DNA of 62,721 nt, counting the filler, from Sanchytrium tribonematis (lineage: Eukaryota), in the NCBI GenBank assembly GCA_018985235.1. It is 11 parts of 11 records of this genome, joined end to end, with 100 filler letters (N's around TTAATTAATTAA, not from the genome) between each part and the next. Parts side by side here need not be neighbours in the genome. Positions count along the whole stretch, not along the records: positions 27,304 to 31,162 come from JADGIG010000789.1; positions 31,263 to 35,117 come from JADGIG010000791.1; positions 35,218 to 39,073 come from JADGIG010000790.1; positions 39,174 to 43,027 come from JADGIG010000792.1; 7 more parts are not named here. The stretch is one strand, 5' to 3'. Both the position numbers and the translations under genes were made by a program. The notes beneath the pieces are model-generated. The model had not been told where the DNA came from. It did not search any database and worked only from the letters and a program-made list of their open reading frames with translations. Below, piece by piece: positions 29,862-39,495 of the stretch. Numbering within the stretch: the stretch's first letter is position 1; the number at the start of each line of letters is the position of its first letter.

Positions 29862-31162
29862 ATGAATGAAGATCTCAGCAGTCCTCTTCCAATTCAAATT
29901 AGAGGCGGAGCTGCATATTTTAATAGTGTTAAGTGTAATTTAGGAGGATTTATTAGAGAAAACCGACGACCACATTTGTTTGTCGCATTTTCTGTTGACG
30001 AAACTACTAATTCAGATTTACACGATATTATTTCTAAATTTGAGGGTTCCAATATTGTTTGAATCCAGCGAGCCACTTCATATACAGTTTCCTTTTCTAT
30101 CTACAATAACCAACTCCGAGATGCTTCGTGATATGTTTAGTTACATCAAAAAGAAGGGAATAGACGGATTACAAGTTCTTCATTCTTTTTATAGAATAGA
30201 ATTTCAAAAACGTGGATCTCCTCATATTCATATGCTACTTTGGATGGATATCAACAAAATGGAAGAGTTGCTGCCTTTAATATCCTGCAAACTACCTACT
30301 TTTGAAACGGATCCGATTTTGAATCAACTTGTTCGTACATATCAGGTCCATCACTGTACCAAAAACTATTGCAAAAAACTTTCATCTGATTGCAGATCGA
30401 GTTTCCAAACCTAATCATTTTGTAAGTGGTAGCAACCACTACGAATTACATCGATCTACACATAAAGTCAATGTAAATGCATACAATGAAAAATTATTAA
30501 ACTTTGGTGTGGAAATATGGATATTCAGATTGTGACCACTGATTCATTTGTCACATATTTAAAGAAGTATATAAACAAAACCTAGCCTGAAGAATTAGTT
30601 AAAAACATAGGTAGTGTAGGCGAATATTTAAGATGTCTGAACAGATCCATTCCGGAGGTCTTATTTTACGCCATGGGAGTTCGAATTACAGAATTGAATT
30701 TTAAGGGATTTATTAGATAAACGAGTCTTGAAAAAGTTAAATGATATACTAAAAGAAAAGTAAAACTCAACAGAAAACTTTTTGTCTAACGATGTGGATA
30801 GATATCTAGAAAGAGATTGCTATGTAAATCCAGAACTAAAAGAAGTTTGCTTGTATGATTTTTACAAATATTATAAAAAGCAAGACAAAACAGGGTTGAT
30901 AAAATAAAACGAGTAAAACCTTGTATTGTCAGACACTATCCGTTCTTAAATGAATTTGATGGAGAAGATTATTTTATTCAGCAACTGCTATTATACACAC
31001 CTTTTACTAACGTGAAAGAGATTCTAAATATTGGATTAAAATCTACTTTTCGAGACTATGCAAAAGATAATTTAAATCATATATTGACTTCTGTTCCTAA
31101 TATTATTGATTCAATTGATGAGGTACATAACAATCAAAATTCTTATGAGTTGGATATTAGGA
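29862..31162 (+). mobile_element. Degenerate Helitron/Helentron Rep (HUH endonuclease) region
   Basis: Motif I-like RPHLFVAFS, motif II RIEFQKRGSPHIHMLLW (about 30193-30243), VNAYN...WCGNMDIQ and motif III YLKKYINK across frameshifts, downstream EDYFIQQLLLYTPF; many stops. Confidence 0.85.
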
Positions 31163-31262
31163 NNNNNNNNNNNNNNNNNNNNNNNNNNNNNNNNNNNNNN
31201 NNNNNNTTAATTAATTAANNNNNNNNNNNNNNNNNNNNNNNNNNNNNNNNNNNNNNNNNNNN
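31163..31262. other. Artificial contig linker
   Basis: N44-TTAATTAATTAA-N44. Confidence 0.98.
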
Positions 31263-31955
31263 GATTACTGTATTGCCTGCGATCTAGATGAGCTGTTTAA
31301 AGAAAACTTGAATCCACATGCTCTCAGCCCGCTCTGTCCCACAAATCTTTTGTACCATTCTTGGATTCTATTCAAAGATCTTGCAGGACATTCTCAGCAA
31401 GACAGTCATGAGTATTTTATGCATTTACTTAATGCCTTGCATGATGCATTATCTCCTAATTCCAAAAGCGCAAGATGCAGATGTATCGTACATTATGCTT
31501 TTGGTGCGACCTTAGAGTCTGTAGTGCGTTGTACGGCTTGCAATAGCAAAAGCTTAAGATCCGATCCTGTCTTAGACATAAGTCTTGATATTAGAATGAG
31601 CACTTCTAGATATAATTTGTTAATGTGCTTAGATCAGTTTTGAGGTGGTGAGCACTGGTAATCCCACTAACAATAGGCATAAAATTGACAACCAAATTAT
31701 ATTTCCTTTAGACCTAAATATGAGCAAGTATAGCAAAGATGCTAATTCATACTATGAGCTATTTTCGGTAGTTATGCATCGTGGAAAATTAGATTCGTAT
31801 ATAGTCATTTATTTAGAGGTCATTATTCGATGTACGCAAAGTCAAACGAACGTTGGTTTTATTTTGATGACCACAAGGTCGATTGTGTCTCAACTGAGGA
31901 TGTACTTAACACAAAAGCTTATCTACTTTTCTATTCTCGAAAAGTTATTCAATGA
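31263..31955 (+). CDS. UBP8: Ubp8/USP22-like deubiquitinase, 3' part; has a 20-nt intron and an internal deletion/frameshift near 31640
   Basis: CIACDLDELF, LAGHSQQDSHE, CRCIVH, DPVLDISLD, FPLDLNM, spliced HRGKLDSGHY...WFYFDD...AYLLFY. Confidence 0.8.
31797..31816 (+). other. 20-nt spliceosomal intron in UBP8
   Basis: GTATATAGTCATTTATTTAG; removal restores the catalytic His box LDS|GHY and the conserved C-terminus. Confidence 0.88.
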
Positions 31956-31957
31956 AT

Positions 31958-32605
31958 TTATTTCAATATTGACGACCTTTCCATAGTCACTTGCTGCGGC
32001 TGCTTCTCGTGATACGGAACTATTAAACTGTCTTTACCCACAAGATCGTGTATTTCACAAAATTTTACAAAATCATCATGAGTTTTTTGAAATTTAGTCC
32101 AGGCATCTTTATGATGAAAAAAGACGTGAGCGAATATGCGGTAGAGCCGGCGCGAAACATTAGCGAAATATGTCGCAGCCTCTTTATCAATTGCAACTCG
32201 ACTGGGAAATATTTTGGAAGAATTCAACAGAGCCGTTGTCCCGTCAAGCGTATGTATTATGTAATTAACAGCCGAACATTCTTGAGGGTTGCTGTGTGCC
32301 GAGCACAAAAATTTCCATTCTCCAGCGACCATGCTATCGCATTCGCAAAATTCTATTGCTGGTATTAAAAAATTAAGTTCCGTGCAAAAATACCTTAAGT
32401 ATTCATAAACCCAAACAAGCTGGTCTTGATTCATTGGAGTGTTAAATCTTTTGTCATAAATCTCCGCTTCCGTCTTAGGATTTTTATTGACTTGTTGAAT
32501 ATATTGCCACACATTAAATAAAGAATCCATTTCATCCAGCCCTTGCCATTCAAATTGATTAAAATCGCTAATTTTTGTGCCTGGCTTATTCCTTTTACTT
32601 TGCAT
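31958..32605 (-). CDS. MOB4: MOB4/phocein (STRIPAK subunit)
   Basis: RNKPGTK, DEMDS, WVYEYLR, FLCSAH..PQECSAVNYIIHTLDG, FPSRV, RRLYRIFAH. Confidence 0.93.
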   Translation of the reverse strand: MQSKRNKPGTKISDFNQFEWQGLDEMDSLFNVWQYIQQVNKNPKTEAEIYDKRFNTPMNQDQLVWVYEYLRYFCTELNFLIPAIEFCECDSMVAGEWKFLCSAHSNPQECSAVNYIIHTLDGTTALLNSSKIFPSRVAIDKEAATYFANVSRRLYRIFAHVFFHHKDAWTKFQKTHDDFVKFCEIHDLVGKDSLIVPYHEKQPQQVTMERSSILK

Positions 32606-32614
32606 AAAATCGGT

Positions 32615-34417
32615 ATGTTTCAAAAATGTTTTCAGAAACAGAAAATCTTTGAAATTCCAATTAGTTCCTCATGCTATTACCATATACGATCTTTTAAGGA
32701 GGAAGGAAATAGCCTGACTGCGTGTTTTATTGAAGAGCTTCCTCTTTGTGGGTTGATTGTTCTTGTTGGAGTAGGATCTGCTTACTTTTCATTAAAAATT
32801 CCAGAAACTACAGGAAAAATTGTAAATATCATAGCAAAATCCCTTCAAGGTGGATCACTTAAACCGCTCAAAAAAATTGCTTTTGACCTCGCAGGTTTGC
32901 ATTTATTTAAAAGCGCCACAACCGTTTTTTCCATTGGCTTAGTCACCCTGCTCGGTGAAAGAATAGCATTGAATGCCCGAAAAAAGTTATTTAGCAGCTT
33001 AATTTATAAAGATTTGAGTTTTTTTGATTCGCATACAGTTAACGACTTGACAATTCGATTGTCGCAAGATGTTCAAGATTTGAAGCATTCCGTAAAACAA
33101 ATAATGGGAAAGGGTGTAAAATCTAGTATTGAAATGGTAGGAATCACTGCCAGGCTCTTTCAATTATCTACCCATTTGACAAGCATGCTTTTGGGTAGCA
33201 TGCCTATTATTTATTTGGCGAGTAATATTTATGCGTCATTCCTTCGTCAACTCTCTCGATATTCGAAAGACATGGAAGCATTTGCTAGTGTTGTTGCAAC
33301 TGAAGCGCTTGGCAATATGCGAACAGTCAAGGCATATTGCGCAGAGGAAAAAGAAATTGAAATGTACGAGAAAGCAACTCAAAATGCTAAGAAAGCTACC
33401 ACACATTTGGGCATGCATATCGGTTTGTTCCAGTCAATGACTTCTTTGTCAATTGGTTACATGGTGCTAGGTCTGCTTTATTACGGTGGTCAAAAGGTTA
33501 GTCGGGAAGAAATGGAGGCTGGTGATTTGATGAACTATTTACTTTCTGTAGAAAGCGCTCAAAAATGCTTAATTAATTTCGGGGAACTTTTTGCAAAGAG
33601 TATACAGGCAGTCTCTTCCTCTGAAAGAATTTTTTTCTTCATGAACACCAAATTTAAAGAATCTAGAAATGGAAACTTTTTGCAATACATAAATGGAGAC
33701 ATTAAGTTTGAAAACGTAGATTTTAAATACCCTTCCCGAGACGTTAATGTACTGAGTAACATATCTTTGGAAATTCCTGAGGGGAAAATCATTGCACTCT
33801 GTGGAGGATCGGGAGGAGGTAAATCAACAATTGTAAGCCTTCTTGAAAAGTTTTACAGCCCAACAAAGGGCAAAATATATATCGATGGTGTTGATGTCAA
33901 TGACTTGGACACTAATTGGACTAGGAACCAAATAGGCTATATTACCCAGGACCCGATTTTATTTGCTGCATCAATTATAGACAATATCAAATATGGGCAA
34001 CCAAATGCATCAATAGAAGACGTTTATGAAGCTGCTAAACAAGCTAACGCTCATGACTTTATAACTGCGTTCCCACAAGGCTATAATACTTTAGTGGGTG
34101 AACGTGGTGCAAGTCTGTCTGGAGGGCAAAAGCAAAGAATTTCTATTGCCCGAGCTCTCTTAAAAAATCCGAAAATTCTAGTGTTGGATGAAGCAACTAG
34201 CAGTTTGGATAATCGTTCAGAGGTGTTGGTACAGGAAGCTATTCATAAATTGATCAAAAATAAGACTGTCTTGATAATTGCCCATCGACTTTCTACCATT
34301 GAAAAAGCTGATCAAATTATTGTCTTAAATCAAGGTAACATTGTTGAAAAGGGAACACATTCAGAACTTTTGGCTAATCATGGATTTTATTACCAACTTC
34401 ACTCAATAAAATCTTGA
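32615..34417 (+). CDS. Mitochondrial half-size ABC transporter, ABCB8/Mdl1-like
   Basis: TM domain followed by GGSGGGKST, LSGGQKQR, LDEATSSLD, IAHRLST; exact start uncertain. Confidence 0.9.
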   Translation: MFQKCFQKQKIFEIPISSSCYYHIRSFKEEGNSLTACFIEELPLCGLIVLVGVGSAYFSLKIPETTGKIVNIIAKSLQGGSLKPLKKIAFDLAGLHLFKSATTVFSIGLVTLLGERIALNARKKLFSSLIYKDLSFFDSHTVNDLTIRLSQDVQDLKHSVKQIMGKGVKSSIEMVGITARLFQLSTHLTSMLLGSMPIIYLASNIYASFLRQLSRYSKDMEAFASVVATEALGNMRTVKAYCAEEKEIEMYEKATQNAKKATTHLGMHIGLFQSMTSLSIGYMVLGLLYYGGQKVSREEMEAGDLMNYLLSVESAQKCLINFGELFAKSIQAVSSSERIFFFMNTKFKESRNGNFLQYINGDIKFENVDFKYPSRDVNVLSNISLEIPEGKIIALCGGSGGGKSTIVSLLEKFYSPTKGKIYIDGVDVNDLDTNWTRNQIGYITQDPILFAASIIDNIKYGQPNASIEDVYEAAKQANAHDFITAFPQGYNTLVGERGASLSGGQKQRISIARALLKNPKILVLDEATSSLDNRSEVLVQEAIHKLIKNKTVLIIAHRLSTIEKADQIIVLNQGNIVEKGTHSELLANHGFYYQLHSIKS

Positions 34418-34445
34418 ATTTAGTTTTTAGGTCGTGTTGTTTCCG

Positions 34446-35117
34446 ATGGTAAAATTGAATTGTCAGATTATAAAAGAGTCATGCAAAAAGAATGGTGGAT
34501 ATCACACACCTGGTTTAAATGAAATTTTATACCTTAATCATCTGGGACTGTCAGAATTGTCTGAAATGGAAATGTATTCACCAGTTTGTTTGTGGTTACA
34601 AGGGAACAGGTTGACAAGCCTTAAATTCTTACCACAAACAATTACATGCTTGTATCTGCAAAATAATGCTCTGACTAGTACCGCTGGATTGATTCATTTA
34701 CATTCATTGAAAGAAGTGAATCTTTCAAATAACATGATTGAAAAAATTAAATTTTTACCAACACAATTAGAAAATCTACTTCTAGCTAAAAATTTGATCA
34801 GCCATAGTTCTGAACTATCGGAACTTGGTGATTTAAAGTCACTCCAGATACTCGATGTAAGTGACAACAAAATTGAAGATGAACTATTGATTCAAAATCT
34901 ACGAAATCCGAGTATTTCTGTAATCAATACGGAAAGAAATCCATTTCAAAAGAAAATAATTTATTACAGAAAAAAAATGATCTTAAATTTCCTAAATCTC
35001 AATTCTTTAGATTCTAAATCTGTATCTGCAATGGATCGAGAATTAGCTTTGGCTTTTAATCAGGGCGGGAAGCAATTGGAGAATGAAGTACGGGAAAAAT
35101 TGCTCCAAGAAAAAAAT
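34446..35117 (+). CDS. DNAAF1: Dynein axonemal assembly factor 1 (LRRC50/ODA7)-like LRR protein, truncated by contig end
   Basis: CKKNGGYHTPGLNEILYL...CLWLQGN N-terminal signature; SDS22-type LRRs; YRKKMI...LD...DRELALAF LRR cap. Confidence 0.8.
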
Positions 35118-35217
35118 NNNNNNNNNNNNNNNNNNNNNNNNNNNNNNNNNNNNNNNNNNNNTTAATTAATTAANNNNNNNNNNNNNNNNNNNNNNNNNNN
35201 NNNNNNNNNNNNNNNNN
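35118..35217. other. Artificial contig linker
   Basis: N44-TTAATTAATTAA-N44. Confidence 0.98.
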
Positions 35218-35335
35218 CACTGTTAGTAAGATCAAAATGTTGAAAGCTGCTACTGAAGCTGCTATCAGCATTCTTCGTATCGATGATATGATTAAATTAG
35301 ACCCTGCCAAAAATGAAAAGGAGGAACAATGCTAA
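35218..35335 (+). CDS. CCT1: CCT/TCP-1 chaperonin alpha subunit, C-terminal end (not in the ORF track)
   Basis: TVSKIKMLKAATEAAISILRIDDMIKLDP...*. Confidence 0.85.
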
Positions 35336-35379
35336 TAAATTGATATCGAAAATAATTTACTTTGAGTTCCACTTTCGAT

Positions 35380-37656
35380 CTAAAGTTTTTTCTTTTTGTA
35401 AGATCTTTTGAATTGTTTTGTGGACGATTTTCGTTTTTTGTCTCTATTTGGACAAACATTTGCCATGTGACTTGGATCAGCACAGATAAAGCATTTATAA
35501 CCAGAGTTTTCATTCGATTTAGACACTGAAATTACATTTTTTCCACCTCTGGCTTTTCTAGGTTTTTCCTCTTCGTCGGCCCAAAGGAAAAATTTACATT
35601 TTGCAGAATTAGAGGACTTTGCACAGACAAAAAATTTTCGGTTGCGATTATTTTCTGTATTAGATGTCTTTTCTGCTGCAATTAATCCACAATCACAACG
35701 AAATTCTCCGCTTGACTTTTTTGAATCTGAAAAATAGTTAGTTGTTTTTTCAGCTTTGGTACTCGAGCTCGCCTTTGATTTGGTAGTATTATTTCGCGTT
35801 GCTGCACCAAAAGGTGCATGATCGTTTCCAGAGTCAGCATCTGAATCTCCATCATCATCTCTTCTAATTCTTTCTGTGATTTTGTTTCTAAATATGCCCT
35901 CTATATTAGATCTGTCTTGCTCCATCAATCTGTATACATTTGTATATTCTTGAATCATCTGTCTCAAAACTACGTCTTTAGACTCCATTCCAGTGCAAAT
36001 GTTTCCAAGTTTGGATTCTAGCTGAGATCTTAAATGAGGTTCACTCAAATTAGTAGCGGTCTGAATGCCATCGAGGCCTTCAACCAGAGCTAATCCGACT
36101 TGTGTCGGTATTATAAATTTGCCACTGTTCTGCACATAATTCCGAGTAAATATTTTCGAAATATGGTCGTGCATTGTTGCATCTGTTCCAATACCATTAT
36201 TATCCATCAGACCTATTAAGTCTGCTTCGGTCAAAAGCTGAGGAGCGGTTGTTTTACCTGATTTAAAACCTAATTCAAATAAAACCTGCTCATTTTCAGC
36301 AAAAGACGCTATTTCTTTAGACTCCCATTTGTCAAACTGATATATATCTAGATAATTACGCTCTAAAACTTCCAATCCGGCTGTCAAAAAAGTCTCAATA
36401 TCAATCCCGAGTCGGACTGACGTCTGAAATCCCGTGGCGTCTTTTGAGCAACAGGCTAGAAACCTTCGGCTTATAAAGTTGAAAACTTTTCTTTCATTTC
36501 CAGTCAGATGTGATCCTTTTCCAGTGGGGTGTATAGGGGGATGTGCTTTGTCATTATGCTTGCCTTTACGTGGAAATCTATACATTGCACCATCGAGAAG
36601 TTTGATTGAATGATTTTGGTAGTCTGGATCGGATTTCTGTATTTCAATTAAATCTCTCAAATTGAAATCCTTTTCGAATTCATCAGTTTCAGTTCTTGGA
36701 TAAGAAATTAATCCTTGTTGATATAACTTTTCTGCAATCTTCATTATATTTGCACTGGATATTCGGAGTAATCGAGAGCCAGCTTTTTGCATTTCCACGG
36801 TGGTTAACGGCAATGGTGCCCATTTTGAGGTATGTTTTTTTTCCACTGACAATATTAAGGCCTTTTTATCTATCAAATACTCATAGATTGCTTCTACTAC
36901 TGATTTATCGAACAAGTGATTTCTAGACCAGGAGAAATTATGCAAAATTTTGTCTTTTTTGACTTTTGCTTCAAGAAAATAAAAATTCTCGGAAATGAAG
37001 CCTTGTCGTTCCAAATATCTTTTAACAACAAATCCGAGAGTTGGAAATTGACAAGAACCGTAACTCAGGATCATTCTTTCGCTCAAAAATCGTCTTAGAG
37101 ATAAAGTTAAGAACCTGGTATAAGCTGCTCCTATCCGCAAATCTAATTCCATTCGACATTCAACAGCATTGACTTGTAAATTATCTATTTCGGTTAGATT
37201 GTGGTATGCGGACCAAATTTGCCTATTTTGAACCACACTAAATCGCATTCTTTTGACTGGAAAGCGCTTGATACGACTCATTATATGCACAATCTCCCAA
37301 CCAATGTACTCCCCTTCTCTATCGTTATCAGTAAGTATCACTAGTTCAGTGCAATTTCTGGCTAGTCGTTCTAAGTTTGATGCGATTCCTTTCATTTCTG
37401 AATTCACCGATTTTTCAACTGTTGCAGACATCAATGAAATGGGATCGCAAGATTCCCACTTTTTTAGTGCATTATTTTGAAATTCGATTTCCATTACATG
37501 TCCAGTAACGCTCGTCATGACAATTTGCTCGCCACTGATATCAAATTTGAAATTTTTACACCATTTCCAGCCATCTGTCGTATAAAAGTGGTTATTAGAT
37601 AATATTTGGGTAACTCCTTTGGCAATGGAAGGCTTTTCAGCTACAAAAACTCTCAT
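35380..37656 (-). CDS. TOP3A: DNA topoisomerase III alpha with GRF zinc finger and CCHC knuckle
   Basis: VAEKPS, DNDREGE, SYGSCQFPTL, ISYPRTET, AHPPIHPT, GIGTDAT; CDCG...NRKFFVC...CKFFLW; CFICADPSHMANVC. Confidence 0.96.
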   Translation of the reverse strand: MRVFVAEKPSIAKGVTQILSNNHFYTTDGWKWCKNFKFDISGEQIVMTSVTGHVMEIEFQNNALKKWESCDPISLMSATVEKSVNSEMKGIASNLERLARNCTELVILTDNDREGEYIGWEIVHIMSRIKRFPVKRMRFSVVQNRQIWSAYHNLTEIDNLQVNAVECRMELDLRIGAAYTRFLTLSLRRFLSERMILSYGSCQFPTLGFVVKRYLERQGFISENFYFLEAKVKKDKILHNFSWSRNHLFDKSVVEAIYEYLIDKKALILSVEKKHTSKWAPLPLTTVEMQKAGSRLLRISSANIMKIAEKLYQQGLISYPRTETDEFEKDFNLRDLIEIQKSDPDYQNHSIKLLDGAMYRFPRKGKHNDKAHPPIHPTGKGSHLTGNERKVFNFISRRFLACCSKDATGFQTSVRLGIDIETFLTAGLEVLERNYLDIYQFDKWESKEIASFAENEQVLFELGFKSGKTTAPQLLTEADLIGLMDNNGIGTDATMHDHISKIFTRNYVQNSGKFIIPTQVGLALVEGLDGIQTATNLSEPHLRSQLESKLGNICTGMESKDVVLRQMIQEYTNVYRLMEQDRSNIEGIFRNKITERIRRDDDGDSDADSGNDHAPFGAATRNNTTKSKASSSTKAEKTTNYFSDSKKSSGEFRCDCGLIAAEKTSNTENNRNRKFFVCAKSSNSAKCKFFLWADEEEKPRKARGGKNVISVSKSNENSGYKCFICADPSHMANVCPNRDKKRKSSTKQFKRSYKKKKL

Positions 37657-37703
37657 AAATTAAAAATCAACAATTATTTTGAAACAGGGCATTTTGCGGT
37701 TTT

Positions 37704-38492
37704 ATGCATCCCAAATTATTAATACTATGTCGACAGCTTCTGGTACAAGTTGTACGTACATTTTATGACAAAAATCAACACATAATAATTGACTATCTAA
37801 TGATCAACAATTCTGCCACAGAGACTGCACTTGCGAGTTTGTTTGGTGTTCATCTTCGACAATTGAATGCAATTTGTTACCCTTTAAAAAATGACAAAAT
37901 TATAAGACAGATCGTAAAAAAACAAGTTGCCGGCAACGAATTCGATATTGATTACGTTGCATTAATCTTAATTACAAAATACAAAATTTTGCAAACCAGA
38001 ATTGCCGTTGAAAATAAAATTGAAAGTGCTAAAGAATTGCAAGGATATATTTGTCCAAATTGTGGGAAGCAATACGGGGCATTGGATGTCGCTGAAGTTC
38101 TAAATATACATACCAATTTGTTGCAATGTGAATTTTGTGACATTGAATTGCAACAAAATGTTAAAAATCAAGTCAGCGATGAGAAATTAACAGAATTAAT
38201 GAAGCAAATTGCACATATCGTAACAACCCTGCGAGAAATAGACACAATGGAAATACCGGAAATCTGGTTTTCAACTTCTGTGGTTGAAGACACTTCAGAG
38301 AAACAGCAAATAGTTGTGGAACTAGCAGATGAGGGAGCCGTTCAAAACAGAACTACTACACCAGGTCAAATTGACCATGCAGTTCCTAAGTGGCATCAGG
38401 AATCGACTGTCAAAAGGCCAATATCTGAAAGCGAGCAGCCGAACAAAGTCTTAATAATATCAGACTCTGATGATGAGTTTGAAGATGTCTGA
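37704..38492 (+). CDS. TFA1: General transcription factor TFIIE alpha subunit
   Basis: LVQVVRTFY winged-helix start, YICPNCGKQY...CEFC zinc ribbon, PKWH..STV, acidic DDEFEDV C-terminus. Confidence 0.85.
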   Translation: MHPKLLILCRQLLVQVVRTFYDKNQHIIIDYLMINNSATETALASLFGVHLRQLNAICYPLKNDKIIRQIVKKQVAGNEFDIDYVALILITKYKILQTRIAVENKIESAKELQGYICPNCGKQYGALDVAEVLNIHTNLLQCEFCDIELQQNVKNQVSDEKLTELMKQIAHIVTTLREIDTMEIPEIWFSTSVVEDTSEKQQIVVELADEGAVQNRTTTPGQIDHAVPKWHQESTVKRPISESEQPNKVLIISDSDDEFEDV

Positions 38493-38548
38493 GAATAAAA
38501 ATAACGAATATTTAATTTTAGGATTTTCTTGGATAATGAAGGTGAAAC

Positions 38549-39073
38549 ATGAAATTCAAAGGATTGTTATTTTTGATTTATTTTTTTCAAGGTGCGAGAG
38601 GATATATCGGAACACTGCTGTCAATATATTTTAAAGATACCATAAAAATGGACCCTGCAGTAAGCGGAATTATTAAAACTGTGGCCAAGCAACCATGGAA
38701 TTTAAAAATATTTTTTGGAATCATTTTTGATTGCAAACCATACACAACTAAATTTATGATCATATCTAGCATGTTGATTGTCTCCGGGTTGCTTCTTTTA
38801 ATATTCACATTCGTTTATCACTCTATTGCGATAATTACAATAAGTCTTGTTATTATAAACCTTGGTGGAGCTTGTACAGATGTCATTGGTGACGGTGAAA
38901 TGGTCAGAATAACTCAAAAGTCAGAAGATGGTGAAGCTTTAAGCTCCTATCTACAGAGCTTATCATGGATCGCCTATGGAATTGGAGGTATTTGCGGTAC
39001 CATAATTGGTGGAAGTTTAGCAAAATATCTTGGTGCTCCATCATATTTCATATTCTTACTTCCATTTCCAATT
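38549..39073 (+). CDS. BT1-family (folate-biopterin) MFS transporter, truncated by contig end
   Basis: YFFQG, PWNLKIFFGIIFD, ACTDVIGDGEMV, LQSLSW...GG. Confidence 0.75.
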
Positions 39074-39173
39074 NNNNNNNNNNNNNNNNNNNNNNNNNNN
39101 NNNNNNNNNNNNNNNNNTTAATTAATTAANNNNNNNNNNNNNNNNNNNNNNNNNNNNNNNNNNNNNNNNNNNN
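39074..39173. other. Artificial contig linker
   Basis: N44-TTAATTAATTAA-N44. Confidence 0.98.
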
Positions 39174-39495
39174 TTTGAAATCATGCTGATAGATCACGCA
39201 AGATTCAAAAGTTTACCTAATTAAGGAATTGTATTTTCAAGTTTTAAAAAAACTACCAGGCCAATTTTGGTCTAAACCTTGATTAATATTAGCGTGCGAG
39301 AGCCTTTACAAATAATAATTTACAAACATGGTTTTTTATTTAAACAGGTTAATTTAAAATAATGATGGGTTCAGTATATACCCATTTTGTAAGTCATTAT
39401 TAATAGACTTTACATATGCAAAAAATTTAGATCAGACTAAAATTAGATTTGATATATAACTACTGCAAGCATAATTCATTGGTTTTACTTAGTAT

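Noticed and set aside
19876..31162. Dicer next to transposon remnants as a defence island
   Set aside because: They lie on different contigs separated by an artificial linker
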